A stretch of 64,000 bases of DNA from Candidatus Adlerbacteria bacterium RIFCSPHIGHO2_12_FULL_53_18 (lineage in GTDB: Bacteria > Patescibacteriota > Minisyncoccia > Phycocordibacterales > SBAW01): NCBI GenBank assembly GCA_001775475.1, contig MEWW01000010.1, positions 5,143 through 69,142 on the forward strand. The letters run 5' to 3'. Made by a program: the position numbers and the translations under genes. Positions 46,654-57,148 of this stretch are shown here, one piece after another. The notes beneath the pieces were generated by a model. It was not told the DNA's origin. It was given only the letters and a program-made list of their open reading frames with translations, and did no database searches. Numbering within the stretch: the first letter of the stretch is position 1; each line of letters opens with the position of its first letter.

Positions 46654-47806
46654 TGTAGGCACACACCAGGTCAAGGTTGTGATCGCCCGCCGTCCTGACA
46701 ACCCCCGCGAAGCGCCGCAGATACTGGGCACCGGATACGCCGAGAGCCGCGGCATGAAGCAGGGGTATGTTATCTCCGTACCGGATGTTGCTCGCTCAAT
46801 AGCCGCGGCAGTGGCACAAGCAAGCAGAGCAGCACAAGTTAAGGTAAGGCGCGCCTACGTCGGAGTGGGCGGGGTCGGGTTGGACGAAGCATTTTCCCGC
46901 GGAGAAACGGTTGTGGAGCGGGGCGACTCGGAAATTACCTCCCGCGATATCCCCCGCGCACTCTCTGCCGCCGAAGGCGCTCTTGCACCCTCCTCAACTT
47001 TAAACCGCAAGGTGATCCACACCATTCCCCTGCGATATTCGGTCGACGGGATGAGAGTGATGGGCAAAAGCCCCATCGGTATGAAGGGCCAGCGCATCTC
47101 TGTTGAAACCTTTTTTATCACCTGCCTCGAGCGCCACGTGCATGACCTCGTTTCGGCAGTCGAGGAAGCCGGGATTGAAGTCGAGGATATCGCCGCATCG
47201 CCCTTGGCGGCTTCGTTCGTGGCGCTCAATAAGATGCAAAAACGCGTGGGCTGCGTCTTGGTGAACATCGGCTCGGAAACTCTTTCCATAATCGTGTTTG
47301 AAGACAGTATTCCGATGTCCGTTCGGGTCTTCCCCGTGGGCGGTACCGATATCACCAATGACCTTGCGCTGGGGCTCCGCATCAGTCCTGAAGAAGCCGA
47401 GCAGTTAAAGAGCGGTGCGGTGTTAGGCTCTACCTATCCCAAGCGCAAAATAGACGACCTTATTTCAAAACGGGTGTCCGACATGTTTAAGCTTGTTGAA
47501 GCGCACCTTAAAAAAATCGGCAAGAACGAACTCCTCCCGGCCGGGGTAATCCTAAGCGGCGGGGGCTCATCGGTTCATACGATGTCCGACCTTGCCAAGG
47601 CGGTGTTGCATCTCCCTTCGCGTTTTGCCATGCTTTCGGAAGGTACAAACTCGCGCGTCGAGCTTAAAGACGGCTCATGGGCGGTAGCCTACGGACTTAC
47701 CATTTGGGGCTTTACTCAAGGCAGCGGCTTCGAAAATCAGGAAGGGGGTGGCGCGCGTGATGCCTTGCAAGCCGCGTGGCGTTGGTTTAAGAAATTTCTC
47801 CCCTAA
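46628..47806 (+). CDS. ftsA: cell division protein FtsA
   Basis: Actin-fold ATPase IVTGIDVGTHQVKVVIAR, GGGSS, and the FtsA-FtsZ gene order. 392 aa. Confidence 0.8.
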   Translation: MQKIVTGIDVGTHQVKVVIARRPDNPREAPQILGTGYAESRGMKQGYVISVPDVARSIAAAVAQASRAAQVKVRRAYVGVGGVGLDEAFSRGETVVERGDSEITSRDIPRALSAAEGALAPSSTLNRKVIHTIPLRYSVDGMRVMGKSPIGMKGQRISVETFFITCLERHVHDLVSAVEEAGIEVEDIAASPLAASFVALNKMQKRVGCVLVNIGSETLSIIVFEDSIPMSVRVFPVGGTDITNDLALGLRISPEEAEQLKSGAVLGSTYPKRKIDDLISKRVSDMFKLVEAHLKKIGKNELLPAGVILSGGGSSVHTMSDLAKAVLHLPSRFAMLSEGTNSRVELKDGSWAVAYGLTIWGFTQGSGFENQEGGGARDALQAAWRWFKKFLP

Positions 47807-47875
47807 ATACAAAAACAAAAAGGTAGATTGTCAAAGGTTGCAAACGGCTTATAAGTGGTATACTGCCCTTTACTT

Positions 47876-49048
47876 ATGCCGCAGATATTACCGGAGGTGG
47901 AAGCATTCGCACGGATACGGGTGGTCGGCGCAGGAGGCTCTGGCAGTAATGCGGTCAATCACATGGTCGAGAGCAAGATGCGTGGCGTAGATTTTATTGC
48001 AATAAATACTGATGCTCAGGCACTCCACCATGCACTCGCCAAAAAGAAAATACACATCGGCAAAAATCTGACACGGGGCCTCGGCACCGGTATGAACCCG
48101 GAATTGGGCAAGCGTGCGGCCGACGAAACAAAAGAAGAGATCCAACAGGCACTTAAGGGCTCTGACATGGTGTTTGTTGCAAGCGGTATGGGCGGCGGCA
48201 CGGGAACCGGCGCCGCGCCGGTTGTTGCTCGCACGGCCAAAGAGCTTGGGGCGTTAACAGTGGGGGTGGTGACAAAGCCGTTTTCATTCGAGGGTGCCCA
48301 GCGCATGCGCTTGGCGGAGCAGGGTTTAGAAGAACTGCGCAAAGAAGTAGACGCGCTTATTGTAATCCCCAACGATCGCCTGCTTGCAACCGTACAAAAA
48401 GAAACGACGCTCAAACAGGCCTTTGCCATGTGTGACGACATTTTGAAGCAAGCGGTCGAAGGAATCTCCGACCTTATTACCTCCCCCGGCATCATCAACG
48501 TCGACTTCGCTGACGTACGCGCCGTTATGGAAAACTCCGGCAGCGCGCTCATGGGCATCGGCGTAGCAAGCGGAGAGAACCGCGCGGCTGCTGCAGCCAA
48601 CGCCGCAGTCTCCTCGCCTCTCCTCGAACTCTCGATAAACGGCGCAAAGGGCGTGCTGTTCGCGGTCGCCGGCGGCGAAGACTTGGGTATGATTGAAGTG
48701 CACGAAGCGGCAAAAATTATTACTGAGTCTGTTGATCCTAACGCTAAGATTATCTTCGGCGCCATCAAGGACGACAAATTGAAGAAAAACGAACTAAAGG
48801 TTACGGTTATTGCAACCGGCTTTCCGGCACAGGGAGTAACGCCCCGCGGTACTCAGCTCTTTACTTTTGCTCGCGATGGCAAGGAAAAAGAGGCTGATGT
48901 CCCCGCGGTAGGCAAAACGTACGGCACGCCTGTCGTACCCATGAAAGAAGGCCACAATGAGCCTGACACCAAGCCTAAGCTCGACGACAAAGAGGAGGAC
49001 GACTGGAGCGCGGTACCTTCGTTTTTGCGAAGACCGAAAATTAAGTAG
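47876..49048 (+). CDS. ftsZ: cell division protein FtsZ
   Basis: Start at ATG 47876 (MPQILPE...). [37 protein letters not shown] (tubulin signature), acidic C-terminal tail. Confidence 0.9.
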   Translation: MPQILPEVEAFARIRVVGAGGSGSNAVNHMVESKMRGVDFIAINTDAQALHHALAKKKIHIGKNLTRGLGTGMNPELGKRAADETKEEIQQALKGSDMVFVASGMGGGTGTGAAPVVARTAKELGALTVGVVTKPFSFEGAQRMRLAEQGLEELRKEVDALIVIPNDRLLATVQKETTLKQAFAMCDDILKQAVEGISDLITSPGIINVDFADVRAVMENSGSALMGIGVASGENRAAAAANAAVSSPLLELSINGAKGVLFAVAGGEDLGMIEVHEAAKIITESVDPNAKIIFGAIKDDKLKKNELKVTVIATGFPAQGVTPRGTQLFTFARDGKEKEADVPAVGKTYGTPVVPMKEGHNEPDTKPKLDDKEEDDWSAVPSFLRRPKIK

Positions 49049-49057
49049 AATAGAGCA

Positions 49058-49978
49058 ATGTACGATCTTGCGATTTTAGGCGGCGGGCCTGCCGGAGTGG
49101 CCTCAGGAGTGTATGCTGCCCGCAAACAGCTCAAGACTGTTTTTATAACTGAAACTATAGGCGGACAGTCTATGGACTCCGTAGAGATCCAGAACTGGAT
49201 CGGTACCAAAGCGATTTCCGGTCTTGACCTGGCCAAGAGTTTTGAGGCGCATCTGCGCGCCTATGCGAGCAATGTGGTGGATATTAAACTCGGAACCCGT
49301 GTTACCAAGCTCGAGAAAAAGGGAGGGGCTTTTTCGATTATTGCAGGCGAGCAGTACGAAGCGCGGGCGGTCTTGGTTGCGACAGGAGGCGTGCGCAGAA
49401 AGCTCAAGGCTATAGGTGCGGCAGAGTTTGAGAACAAGGGCCTTACCTACTGTGCCTCGTGCGACGGCCCCTTGTTTGCCGGCCAAGACACGGTGGTTGT
49501 AGGCGGCGGCAACGCCGGCTTTGAGACAGCAGCACAGCTTCTTGCCTATGCCAAGTCGGTGACGCTCCTCCACAGGAGCGCGGAATTTTCAAAAGCGGAT
49601 GCCTTGACGGTTGAAACAGTGTTAAAACATCCCAACATGAAAGCACTTACAAACACCCGCCCTATTGAAATAAAAGGCAGTGGTTTTGTATCGAGCGTAG
49701 TTGTCGAAAATACCCAAACAAAAGAGAAGAGCGAAATCCCGTCTGCGGGCGTATTTGTGGAGATCGGCATGCTCCCCTCCACCGACTTTGCCAAAGGCAC
49801 GCTCGAGCTCGATGAGTTTGACCGTGTAGTTACCAACCCCAAAAACCAACGCACCAGTGTAGAAGGTATCTGGGCCGCGGGCGACTGCACCGATGAACTC
49901 TACCACCAAAACAACATTGCCGCCGGCGACGGTGTTAAAGCGCTTGAAGACATATACTTTTGGATTAAGGCACACTAG
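49058..49978 (+). CDS. trxB: thioredoxin reductase
   Basis: FAD GxGxxG ILGGGPAG, redox CASC, NADPH GGGNAGFE, GIWAAGDCTD. Confidence 0.85.
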   Translation: MYDLAILGGGPAGVASGVYAARKQLKTVFITETIGGQSMDSVEIQNWIGTKAISGLDLAKSFEAHLRAYASNVVDIKLGTRVTKLEKKGGAFSIIAGEQYEARAVLVATGGVRRKLKAIGAAEFENKGLTYCASCDGPLFAGQDTVVVGGGNAGFETAAQLLAYAKSVTLLHRSAEFSKADALTVETVLKHPNMKALTNTRPIEIKGSGFVSSVVVENTQTKEKSEIPSAGVFVEIGMLPSTDFAKGTLELDEFDRVVTNPKNQRTSVEGIWAAGDCTDELYHQNNIAAGDGVKALEDIYFWIKAH

Positions 49979-49983
49979 AAAGA

Positions 49984-50012
49984 GCAAATCCCGCCAGTAT
50001 GGCGGGATTTGC
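49984..50012. terminator. hairpin terminator after trxB (possibly bidirectional)
   Basis: gcaaatcccgcc-agtat-ggcgggatttgc perfect 12-bp stem. T-tract is weak on plus and modest on minus. Confidence 0.5.
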
Positions 50013-50247
50013 TTATAGCCAGTAGGCTAAAAATTACATTTGGCCCGGAGCAGGGGGCGTTTGCGGTGCGCCACCCGGCATTGGAGGAGTCGGAGTGGCG
50101 CCTGGCACTGGTGCTCCTGGAGCAGGTGCTGTGCCGCCTGGATTCATGTCGTCCATACGATACGTGCTTTTTTTCGCGTTACGCTGGTAACGATTCGACC
50201 TCACTACTAACCGTACCATAGTGCGCTACAAATCTAAAGAAAAGTTT

Positions 50248-51516
50248 TCAAGACTTGATAAACTCAAGTAGTTTTTGATGCACGGTGCTTTCTCCCGCGA
50301 CCTCGCGCAGCGCCTCGCGCGCGGAGTTAGTGACGGCCGGGAGCCCGCCCTCCTGCACCAAAGCAAAAACCTCCCGCACGTTCGCAAAGCTTACAATCAA
50401 CTTGTCCAAACCGACCTTTCTAAACACTTCCGCCACACCCATGTTGCGGCTCACTAAGGCCGGCGTGCCTGCGGCAACCGCCTCCTGTGCCACGTTGCCA
50501 TAGGTCTCGAAGTGCGAAGGACAGATAACCGCCTGCATACTTGCATAAAACTTCGCCATCTCAAGCGCGCTGTGGTAGGGGCCCGCAAAGCGCACGCGGT
50601 CGTGAAGGACCTTGCTTGCCTTACCCCTGCCCCGCTCGTCTGTCACGACATAGAGGTCGAGAGGGTTCTTGCTCATGTGGTTGAGGTAGGCAAACCTATC
50701 GAGAAAAGTGGTATTTTTAACCCGCGTCCACCTGCCCACAAATGCCACACCCTTTTTATCTTTGGGTATAGGTGTTTCAAAAAACTCCTTGGGTATAGGG
50801 TTTGGCAGCACAAGCGCCTGCGCCTTGCGCACGCTGTGGCGAAACACGTTCCGCTCGACATAATGCTTCACCAGCGTTGAGGGAAAGACATACTTCAAGT
50901 CGGCGCGGTCGAACGAGGTTTCTATGGCGCGCATGATGCGTTTGTGTTTCTCGTTCTGCCAGTGCTCGGTCTCCTTTATAAGCGAGCCGTGGTAGTAGTG
51001 CACCACCGGGTACCGCAGGCCGCGCGCCGCAATCATTAAAGCCCAGGCGATTATGTAGGTGCCGTTAACCAAGACGACGTCCGGTTTTTCCTCCTTAAGA
51101 GCGGCGCGGTAAGCGTCAATAAGCGTCGCGTAGGCGCGGCTGACATCCTCTATCCCTTTTGCCGACTGCAACACGCCCGCAAACGGAGGAATAACCCCTT
51201 CATACAGGAGCGAGGTAAGATGTTTTTCTTTGTTAGTTTCTTTTTGCCAGCCAGCGCCTTCATGCTGAGCATTGTCGGGCGCTGTTGAAATACATACGAG
51301 CTCTACGCGGGTATCGGGAGAGGCATTTACATGTTCCGCAAACGAAGACATGACACGGGTTATCCCCGCGACAGAAGCACTCTGCACATTGGTAAAAATC
51401 TTGAGACGCTTTGGGGACGGTGTAGCAAGTGGCTGTGAACGCCAGCGCCGCACGGCAGAGCGTGTTTTGCGGTATACCTTCCGCTGAATAGAGTGTTTGC
51501 TTTTTTTTTCTTCCAT
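50248..51516 (-). CDS. GT-B glycosyltransferase (family 4-like)
   Basis: C-terminal GT4 pattern VICPSHFETYGNVAQEAVAAGTPALVS. 422 aa. Confidence 0.7.
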   Translation of the reverse strand: MEEKKSKHSIQRKVYRKTRSAVRRWRSQPLATPSPKRLKIFTNVQSASVAGITRVMSSFAEHVNASPDTRVELVCISTAPDNAQHEGAGWQKETNKEKHLTSLLYEGVIPPFAGVLQSAKGIEDVSRAYATLIDAYRAALKEEKPDVVLVNGTYIIAWALMIAARGLRYPVVHYYHGSLIKETEHWQNEKHKRIMRAIETSFDRADLKYVFPSTLVKHYVERNVFRHSVRKAQALVLPNPIPKEFFETPIPKDKKGVAFVGRWTRVKNTTFLDRFAYLNHMSKNPLDLYVVTDERGRGKASKVLHDRVRFAGPYHSALEMAKFYASMQAVICPSHFETYGNVAQEAVAAGTPALVSRNMGVAEVFRKVGLDKLIVSFANVREVFALVQEGGLPAVTNSAREALREVAGESTVHQKLLEFIKS

Positions 51517-51556
51517 TACTAGCCCTTAAGGGCGCCTAGATAGTATCAAATTCTAG

Positions 51557-51629
51557 TGCGCGGTGCAGGACTTGAACCTGCGACCCTCCCCACGTCAAGG
51601 GGATGCTCTGCCAACTGAGCTAACCGCGC
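51557..51629 (-). tRNA. tRNA-Val (anticodon GAC)
   Basis: GCGCGGT-TA-GCTC AGTTGGCA GAGC-A-TCCCC TTGACGT GGGGA-GGGTC-GCAGG TTCAAGT CCTGC-ACCGCGC-A. Confidence 0.8.
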
Positions 51630-51681
51630 TTGGAAAAGAGTATAGCCGAAAATGGCCAAAAATGGTACTTTGTGGTCTATT

Positions 51682-51766
51682 GGAGAGGTGGCTGAGTGGT
51701 CGAAAGCACCGGTTTCGAAAACCGGCATACCGCAAGGTATCGTGGGTTCGAATCCCACCCTCTCCG
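51682..51766 (+). tRNA. tRNA-Ser (anticodon CGA)
   Basis: GGAGAGG...CACCGGTTTCGAAAACCGG, long variable arm CATACCGCAAGGTATC, GTGGGTTCGAATCCCAC, CCTCTCC-G; 85 nt. Confidence 0.8.
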
Positions 51767-51767
51767 C

Positions 51768-51839
51768 GGCCCCATCGTCTAACGGTTAGGACGCCGGCTT
51801 TTCAAGCCGTTAATCCGGGTTCGATTCCCGGTGGGGTCA
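51768..51839 (+). tRNA. tRNA-Glu (anticodon TTC), starting 1 nt after tRNA-Ser
   Basis: GGCCCCA-TC-GTCT AACGGTTA GGAC-G-CCGGC TTTTCAA GCCGT-TAAT-CCGGG TTCGATT CCCGG-TGGGGTC-A. Confidence 0.7.
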
Positions 51840-51926
51840 TGGCGACAGTTTGAATAAATAAAAAAGAGAAACCCCGCACCATATTGGAACGGAGTTCCTC
51901 TGTGGTGCGGGATTAGACGCTTGTGT

Positions 51927-52556
51927 TTATATCTGAACCAGTCCAGCCTCAACTGACCGGTATTCGGCACGTGTCTCAGTGCCGTTCTCGTCAGAGACCC
52001 TGATTATGTCGCCGACGCTCATCGTCATTAGCGCATCATGCCAGCCGACGTTCTGCCGGTCTTGCTTGATGAACCAATCCTCCGGACCGGTGGCGGCCAT
52101 GAGAACCTTGTCGCGTCCCTCGCACCAAGGCAGAGTTCCGCAGTCAAAGTTCCAAATGCCGGTACGGCGGTCACGGCCCTCAAGGCAGTAGTAGGCTCGG
52201 GCACTCACCACCACCAAAATCTTGTCGCTTTCCTGATTGGGCTTTGCGAGAGCGTATCCGTCATGGATCGAAACCGGATGGGCTTCCAAAATCCTGTTGT
52301 GCAGAATCTCGGCAGGATTCTTTCTGAACAGAGGCACCTTCTTGTTATTCGAGCCTCCGCCCAGAATCAGTGCTTCCTGCGGAGACCTGGAATATACCTG
52401 GGCCCCACGGTGAACTCGTTCTTCGCGGATTTCGTAGACCTTCATGACTCCCTCCTTTGGGAGAATCCAAACGGCTTGCGCCGGGATTGTAGTTGGTGTG
52501 GTGCCCATTTCTGGGCTTCTGGCAATGAGCGAATCTTGCCATTTATTATTATACAC
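51927..52556 (-). CDS. hypothetical protein (no recognised family) next to the tRNA cluster
   Basis: 209-aa ORF. The probable start is an internal Met (MKVYEIREERVH...). Cys/Trp-containing, soluble. Confidence 0.4.
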   Translation of the reverse strand: MYNNKWQDSLIARSPEMGTTPTTIPAQAVWILPKEGVMKVYEIREERVHRGAQVYSRSPQEALILGGGSNNKKVPLFRKNPAEILHNRILEAHPVSIHDGYALAKPNQESDKILVVVSARAYYCLEGRDRRTGIWNFDCGTLPWCEGRDKVLMAATGPEDWFIKQDRQNVGWHDALMTMSVGDIIRVSDENGTETRAEYRSVEAGLVQI

Positions 52557-52773
52557 CCGAACAACATTTTTGTCAACATGTCAATAGAGCGTCAAAATAA
52601 GGCTTTTTACCGTTTCTAATCCCTTAGAGCAGTACTAGACCCGCTCGGCCTCTAGAGTCTGTCCGAGCAGATACCAAGCCTCTAGCTCTATAAGGAGTTA
52701 GTTCCAATTCTGACCCACTTGGGTCACCAAGCAGCAATGCTATACTAAAAAGCATAAAAGTAATTGCTTTTTT

Positions 52774-53010
52774 ATGCCTATTTCCTTAGATTCACTGTCG
52801 AGGTTAAAGAACAAGATAAAGGAAAACGAAAGTAAAATAAAACGCGAGCAAGACTGGTGTAGCCGTACACGTGCAGAGATAGAGGCAAAGCAGAAAGAAG
52901 TTGATGACGCCGAGCGTCTCATTGCATCCCTGGAAAAAGAGAATGCGACTATGGAAAGAGAGCTTGCAGATGCTCAGCGGCAATTGCAGGAAAAAATCGC
53001 AGAAAGATAA
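52774..53010 (+). CDS. small coiled-coil protein (78 aa), AT-rich gene
   Basis: Heptad-like charged sequence (KNKIKENESKIKREQ...EIEAKQKEVDDAERLIASLEKENATMERELADAQRQLQEKIAER). Confidence 0.3.
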   Translation: MPISLDSLSRLKNKIKENESKIKREQDWCSRTRAEIEAKQKEVDDAERLIASLEKENATMERELADAQRQLQEKIAER

Positions 53011-53071
53011 TAAACGCGGTCTCAAGATGTCTGGTGCTTGAGTGACATTTCCGCTAGTATCTAAAGCACTC

Positions 53072-53905
53072 ATGAAAAACATTGTTGTTCTCTACCACGC
53101 GAGCTGCCCCGACGGGTTTGGCGGTGCATACAGCGCGTGGAAGAAGTTTGGAGAAAATGCGGAGTATATCCCCGTTTATCATGGCGATCCGCCGCCCAAT
53201 GTTACAGGCAAAGAGGTATATATTGTTGATTTCAGCTACCCTAAAGAAACACTGCTTAAGCTGGAAGTAGGGGCAAAGCGGCTGGTAGTACTCGACCACC
53301 ACGAGGGAGCCGAGGAAGCGGTTGTGGCGGTGCGCGAGCATGTTTATGACTCTACACGCTCCGGCACCGGTATTGCGTGGGAGTACTTCCACCCCGGCAT
53401 CCCGCTCCCCCGCTTACTTGCCTACATCCAAGATGCTGATTTGTGGAAGTTCGAGCGCCCGCACGCCAAAGAGGTAGCGAGTTTTGTCAGCAGCCTTAAG
53501 TTTGAGTTTGACCTATTCGACCCAATTGTCCAAAAAGCAGAAACAGAGGAGGGTTTTGCAGAAATTGTTGCAAAAGGTAAAGCGTATCGTGAATACTACG
53601 ACTACATCTGCGATAAGATAATCGAACAGGCAGAGGAGGTGGAGTTTGAAGGTTATCGCATCTACGCCGTCAATGCGCCCCGGCTCTTCCGCTCCGAGGT
53701 CGGCAACCGGCTTGCAAGGATGAAGGGTCCGTTTGCCGTTGTCTGGTATCCCAATCACGGCAAGTGGCACTTTTCTTTGCGGGGCGATGGCACGATAGAT
53801 CTTACTAAAGTTGCACAAAAATACGGCGGCAATGGCCACACCAACTCTGCGAGTTTTCAACTCCCACTAGATAAACCACTTCCTTTTACGTTTGTTAAAA
53901 AGTAG
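53072..53905 (+). CDS. DHH-family phosphoesterase (NrnA-like nanoRNase/pAp phosphatase)
   Basis: Start at ATG 53072. Motif I VVLYHASCPDGFGGAYSAW, motif III VLDHHEG, DHHA1-like C-terminus (GGNGHTNSASF). Confidence 0.6.
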   Translation: MKNIVVLYHASCPDGFGGAYSAWKKFGENAEYIPVYHGDPPPNVTGKEVYIVDFSYPKETLLKLEVGAKRLVVLDHHEGAEEAVVAVREHVYDSTRSGTGIAWEYFHPGIPLPRLLAYIQDADLWKFERPHAKEVASFVSSLKFEFDLFDPIVQKAETEEGFAEIVAKGKAYREYYDYICDKIIEQAEEVEFEGYRIYAVNAPRLFRSEVGNRLARMKGPFAVVWYPNHGKWHFSLRGDGTIDLTKVAQKYGGNGHTNSASFQLPLDKPLPFTFVKK

Positions 53906-53907
53906 CT

Positions 53908-55005
53908 ATGCGCGTGTTAGCTATAGAAACCTCCTGCGACGAGACAGGGATTGCAGTCGTAGAAGGAACATGTCAAGGCGAGGCCTTGCCATTTGGTAAG
54001 GCCTCGCCTTTATTCTTTCGTGTACACAAAAACGCCCTGCTCTCGCAGGCGGCACTTCATGCACAGTATGGCGGAGTCTACCCCAACCTAGCTAAGCGCG
54101 AGCACGAAAAGAATTTGCCTTTGCTTTTTGAACAGTTTAGAGACGAGAAAGTAGACGCTGTTGCAGTAACTAAGGGCCCGGGGCTCGAGCCTGCGCTCTG
54201 GCAAGGTATCGTATTTGCCGAAAAAATGGCTAAAGAACGCAGTTTGCCGCTTGTCCCAGTCAACCATATGGAGGGACACCTTATCTCCTCCTTAGTACGA
54301 CATTCCAACATTCTGCAGAATGTTGGAATGTCTGGAGAATTGCGTGATGTGACTTTGCCCGTATTGGCACTCTTAATCTCCGGTGGCCACACAGAGTTTG
54401 TATTAATGCGAAAGTGGTTCAAATACGAAATTATCGGCGAGACACTCGATGATGCCGTAGGCGAAGCCTTCGACAAAGTTGCGCGCATGCTCGGACTCTC
54501 CTATCCAGGAGGACCAGAAATATCGAGGCTTGCTGAACAAAGCCGCAAAGCCAATGCCGAGTCGACTGGGTCCTTGAAGCTCCCTCGACCAATGCTCAAC
54601 ACAAACACTTGCGATGTATCTTTTTCAGGCCTCAAAACTGCAGCACTGTACGCCTTGCGCGGCAAAGATTTGTCAGAGGATGAGAAAAAAGATTTTGCCC
54701 GAGAGTTTGAGGACGCGGTAACGGATGTATTTGTCGCGAAAACCCGCAAGGCTCTGCGGGAAACGGGTGCACAAACGTTTGTAATCGGTGGCGGCGTTGC
54801 AGCCAACAAGTTTATCCGCGAATCTTTGCAAAAATTAATTGACCAGGATTTCTCCGACGTCGAGTTTCGCCTCCCTGAGCTTTCGATAACCGGCGACAAC
54901 GCAATCATGATTGCCGAGGCGGCGCTCGCGCGCCGCCTCTCCGGCCTCGACGACAACGCAAAAGAAGAAGTCCGAGCCGTTGGAAATCTCTCTATTGCGA
55001 GCTAG
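53908..55005 (+). CDS. tsaD: tRNA N6-adenosine threonylcarbamoyltransferase TsaD, with a ~45-aa insertion
   Basis: MRVLAIETSCDETGIAVVEG, HMEGHLIS, GGGVAANKFIRE. Insertion CQGEALPFGKASPLFFRVHKNALLSQAALHAQ. Confidence 0.85.
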   Translation: MRVLAIETSCDETGIAVVEGTCQGEALPFGKASPLFFRVHKNALLSQAALHAQYGGVYPNLAKREHEKNLPLLFEQFRDEKVDAVAVTKGPGLEPALWQGIVFAEKMAKERSLPLVPVNHMEGHLISSLVRHSNILQNVGMSGELRDVTLPVLALLISGGHTEFVLMRKWFKYEIIGETLDDAVGEAFDKVARMLGLSYPGGPEISRLAEQSRKANAESTGSLKLPRPMLNTNTCDVSFSGLKTAALYALRGKDLSEDEKKDFAREFEDAVTDVFVAKTRKALRETGAQTFVIGGGVAANKFIRESLQKLIDQDFSDVEFRLPELSITGDNAIMIAEAALARRLSGLDDNAKEEVRAVGNLSIAS

Positions 55006-55015
55006 AATCAATCCA

Positions 55016-57133
55016 ATGCCCGAGAAGTTTACGAAGCCCTATAACCCCGTGGAGGTCGAGGGCGCTATATATAAAAAATGGGAAGATTCGGGCTACTTTA
55101 ACCCCGACAAACTCCCTGGAGAGCGTACTGAGTCTTTTTCAATCGTTCTTCCCCCGCCCAACGTTACCGGCAGTCTACACCTTGGACACGCGTATGAAGA
55201 TACGCTTCAAGATATAGTAATTCGCTTTCAACGCATGCGCGGCAAAAAAGTACTGTGGCTACCCGGCACTGACTCGGCAGCCATAGCAACGCAGGCACGT
55301 GTAGAAAAGAATATCCAGAAAGAGGAAAAGAAAACCAGGCACGACCTCGGCCGCGAGGAGTTGGTTAAACGTGTGCATGAGTTTGCAAAAAGCAGTGAGA
55401 CCACTATTTTGAGCCAGGTGCGCAAAATGGGCGCAAGTCTTGATTGGTCGCGCTATGCTTACACACTCGATGAAAAGCGAAATCTCGCAGTGCTTACCGC
55501 CTTTAAGCGCATGTACGATGCCGGGCTCATTTATCGCGGCCACAGAATCGTCAATTGGGACCCGAAGGGTCAAACTACAATATCTGATGACGAAGTGATG
55601 TATGAGGAAGAGAAGGGTACATTTTACTATTTTCAATACGGACCGTTTGTTATTGGCACCTCACGACCAGAAACAAAATTTGGGGACAAATATGTCGTGA
55701 TGCATCCAGATGACTCTCGTTACAAGGACTATACGCATGGTCAAAAAATAGAGCTCGAGTGGATTAACGGGCCTATCACCGCCACGGTTATCAAAGACAC
55801 AGCAAGCGATCCCGAGATGGGCTCAGGTGCCATGACCATCACACCGTGGCACTCTATGGCCGACTTCGAGATAGCAGAGCGGCACGGTCTTGACAAAGAA
55901 CAGGTCATAGACCGTTACGGCAAATTACTGCCCATTGCGGGAGAGTTCGCGGGTATGAAGATATCCGAAGCGCGAGAAAAGATTGTAGAAAAACTCCGGC
56001 AGAAGGGCCTCGTCGTAAAAGTCGACGATGCGTATACCCACAATATCGCCACCTCGGAGCGCACTGGTGCCACTATTGAGCCTCAGGTCATGGAGCAATG
56101 GTTTATTGCGGTAAATAAATCCTTCGTCATCCCCCACTCAGAAATCCCAGGTATCACGAGCGGCAGCGAGACGACGCTCAAGGACATTATGCGTGCCGCT
56201 GTTGAAAGCGGAGCTGTTGATATGCCACAGGAAGGTTTCCGTAAAACATATTTCCACTGGATTGAAAACCTTTATGACTGGTGCATCTCGAGACAAATTT
56301 GGTTTGGACATCGCATCCCTGTTTGGTATCGCGAACAAGAGGTCTACTGCGGTGTTACCCCCCCTGAGGGCGACGGGTGGGAGCAGGACCCTGACGTGCT
56401 GGATACTTGGTTCTCCTCCGCACTGTGGACGTTTTCAACTCTCGGATGGCCAGAGGATACAAAAGACCTTGAAACATTTCATCCCACCTCGTTTATGTCG
56501 CCTGCATATGAAATTCTTCAACTATGGGTATCCCGCATGATACTCATGAGCGGCTTCCATCTTGGGCAAGTACCCTTTAAGAAAGTCATGATTCACGGAC
56601 TGGTGCGGGCAAAGGACGGTAGAAAATTTAGCAAGTCACTCAACAACGGAGTCGACCCGCTGGAGATGATAGAAAAATACGGTGCTGATGCGCTGCGCAT
56701 GGGACTCATTGTGGGAGCTGTAATCGGAAGTGATATTAGGTTTGATGAGCAAAAAGTTAAAGCCTACAAGCTCTTTGCCAACAAAGTCTGGAACATCGCA
56801 CGGTTTGTGCTCTCGCAGGAGAGAACGGGCGACATAAAAACAGAACTTAAGGAAGAGTTTGACGCACTCGCTAAAGAAGTTACAGCGGATATGGAAAATT
56901 ACCGGGTGTATATGGCTGCCGAAAAACTTTATCACTATCTGTGGGGCCGCTTTGCCGCGGAAATTTTAGAGGAGAGTAAAGGCAAACCTGAGTATGGCAA
57001 AACGTTGTACTACATTTTAGAAAACTCGCTCAAGCTCCTCCACCCCTTTATGCCATTTATTACCGAGGAGATTTGGAACAGCATGCCCGGCAAAAAAGAG
57101 CTGTTGATGGTCGAAGAGTGGCCTATAAAGTAG
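55016..57133 (+). CDS. valS: valine--tRNA ligase (short, ~705 aa, lacking the long C-terminal coiled coil)
   Basis: Start at ATG 55016. PPPNVTGSLHLGHA (HIGH), KFSKSLNNGVDP (KMSKS), ValRS-type N-terminus YNPVEVEGAIYKKWEDSGYF. Confidence 0.85.
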   Translation: MPEKFTKPYNPVEVEGAIYKKWEDSGYFNPDKLPGERTESFSIVLPPPNVTGSLHLGHAYEDTLQDIVIRFQRMRGKKVLWLPGTDSAAIATQARVEKNIQKEEKKTRHDLGREELVKRVHEFAKSSETTILSQVRKMGASLDWSRYAYTLDEKRNLAVLTAFKRMYDAGLIYRGHRIVNWDPKGQTTISDDEVMYEEEKGTFYYFQYGPFVIGTSRPETKFGDKYVVMHPDDSRYKDYTHGQKIELEWINGPITATVIKDTASDPEMGSGAMTITPWHSMADFEIAERHGLDKEQVIDRYGKLLPIAGEFAGMKISEAREKIVEKLRQKGLVVKVDDAYTHNIATSERTGATIEPQVMEQWFIAVNKSFVIPHSEIPGITSGSETTLKDIMRAAVESGAVDMPQEGFRKTYFHWIENLYDWCISRQIWFGHRIPVWYREQEVYCGVTPPEGDGWEQDPDVLDTWFSSALWTFSTLGWPEDTKDLETFHPTSFMSPAYEILQLWVSRMILMSGFHLGQVPFKKVMIHGLVRAKDGRKFSKSLNNGVDPLEMIEKYGADALRMGLIVGAVIGSDIRFDEQKVKAYKLFANKVWNIARFVLSQERTGDIKTELKEEFDALAKEVTADMENYRVYMAAEKLYHYLWGRFAAEILEESKGKPEYGKTLYYILENSLKLLHPFMPFITEEIWNSMPGKKELLMVEEWPIK

Positions 57134-57148
57134 CGCTATAATAGCGAT

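Noticed and set aside
50034-50219. 61-aa Pro/Gly-rich minus-strand ORF (MVRLVVRSNRYQRNAKKSTYRMDDMNPGGTAPAPG...)
   Set aside because: Low-complexity PG-rich translation typical of GC-rich non-coding DNA; kept only as a very weak candidate and not listed as a feature.
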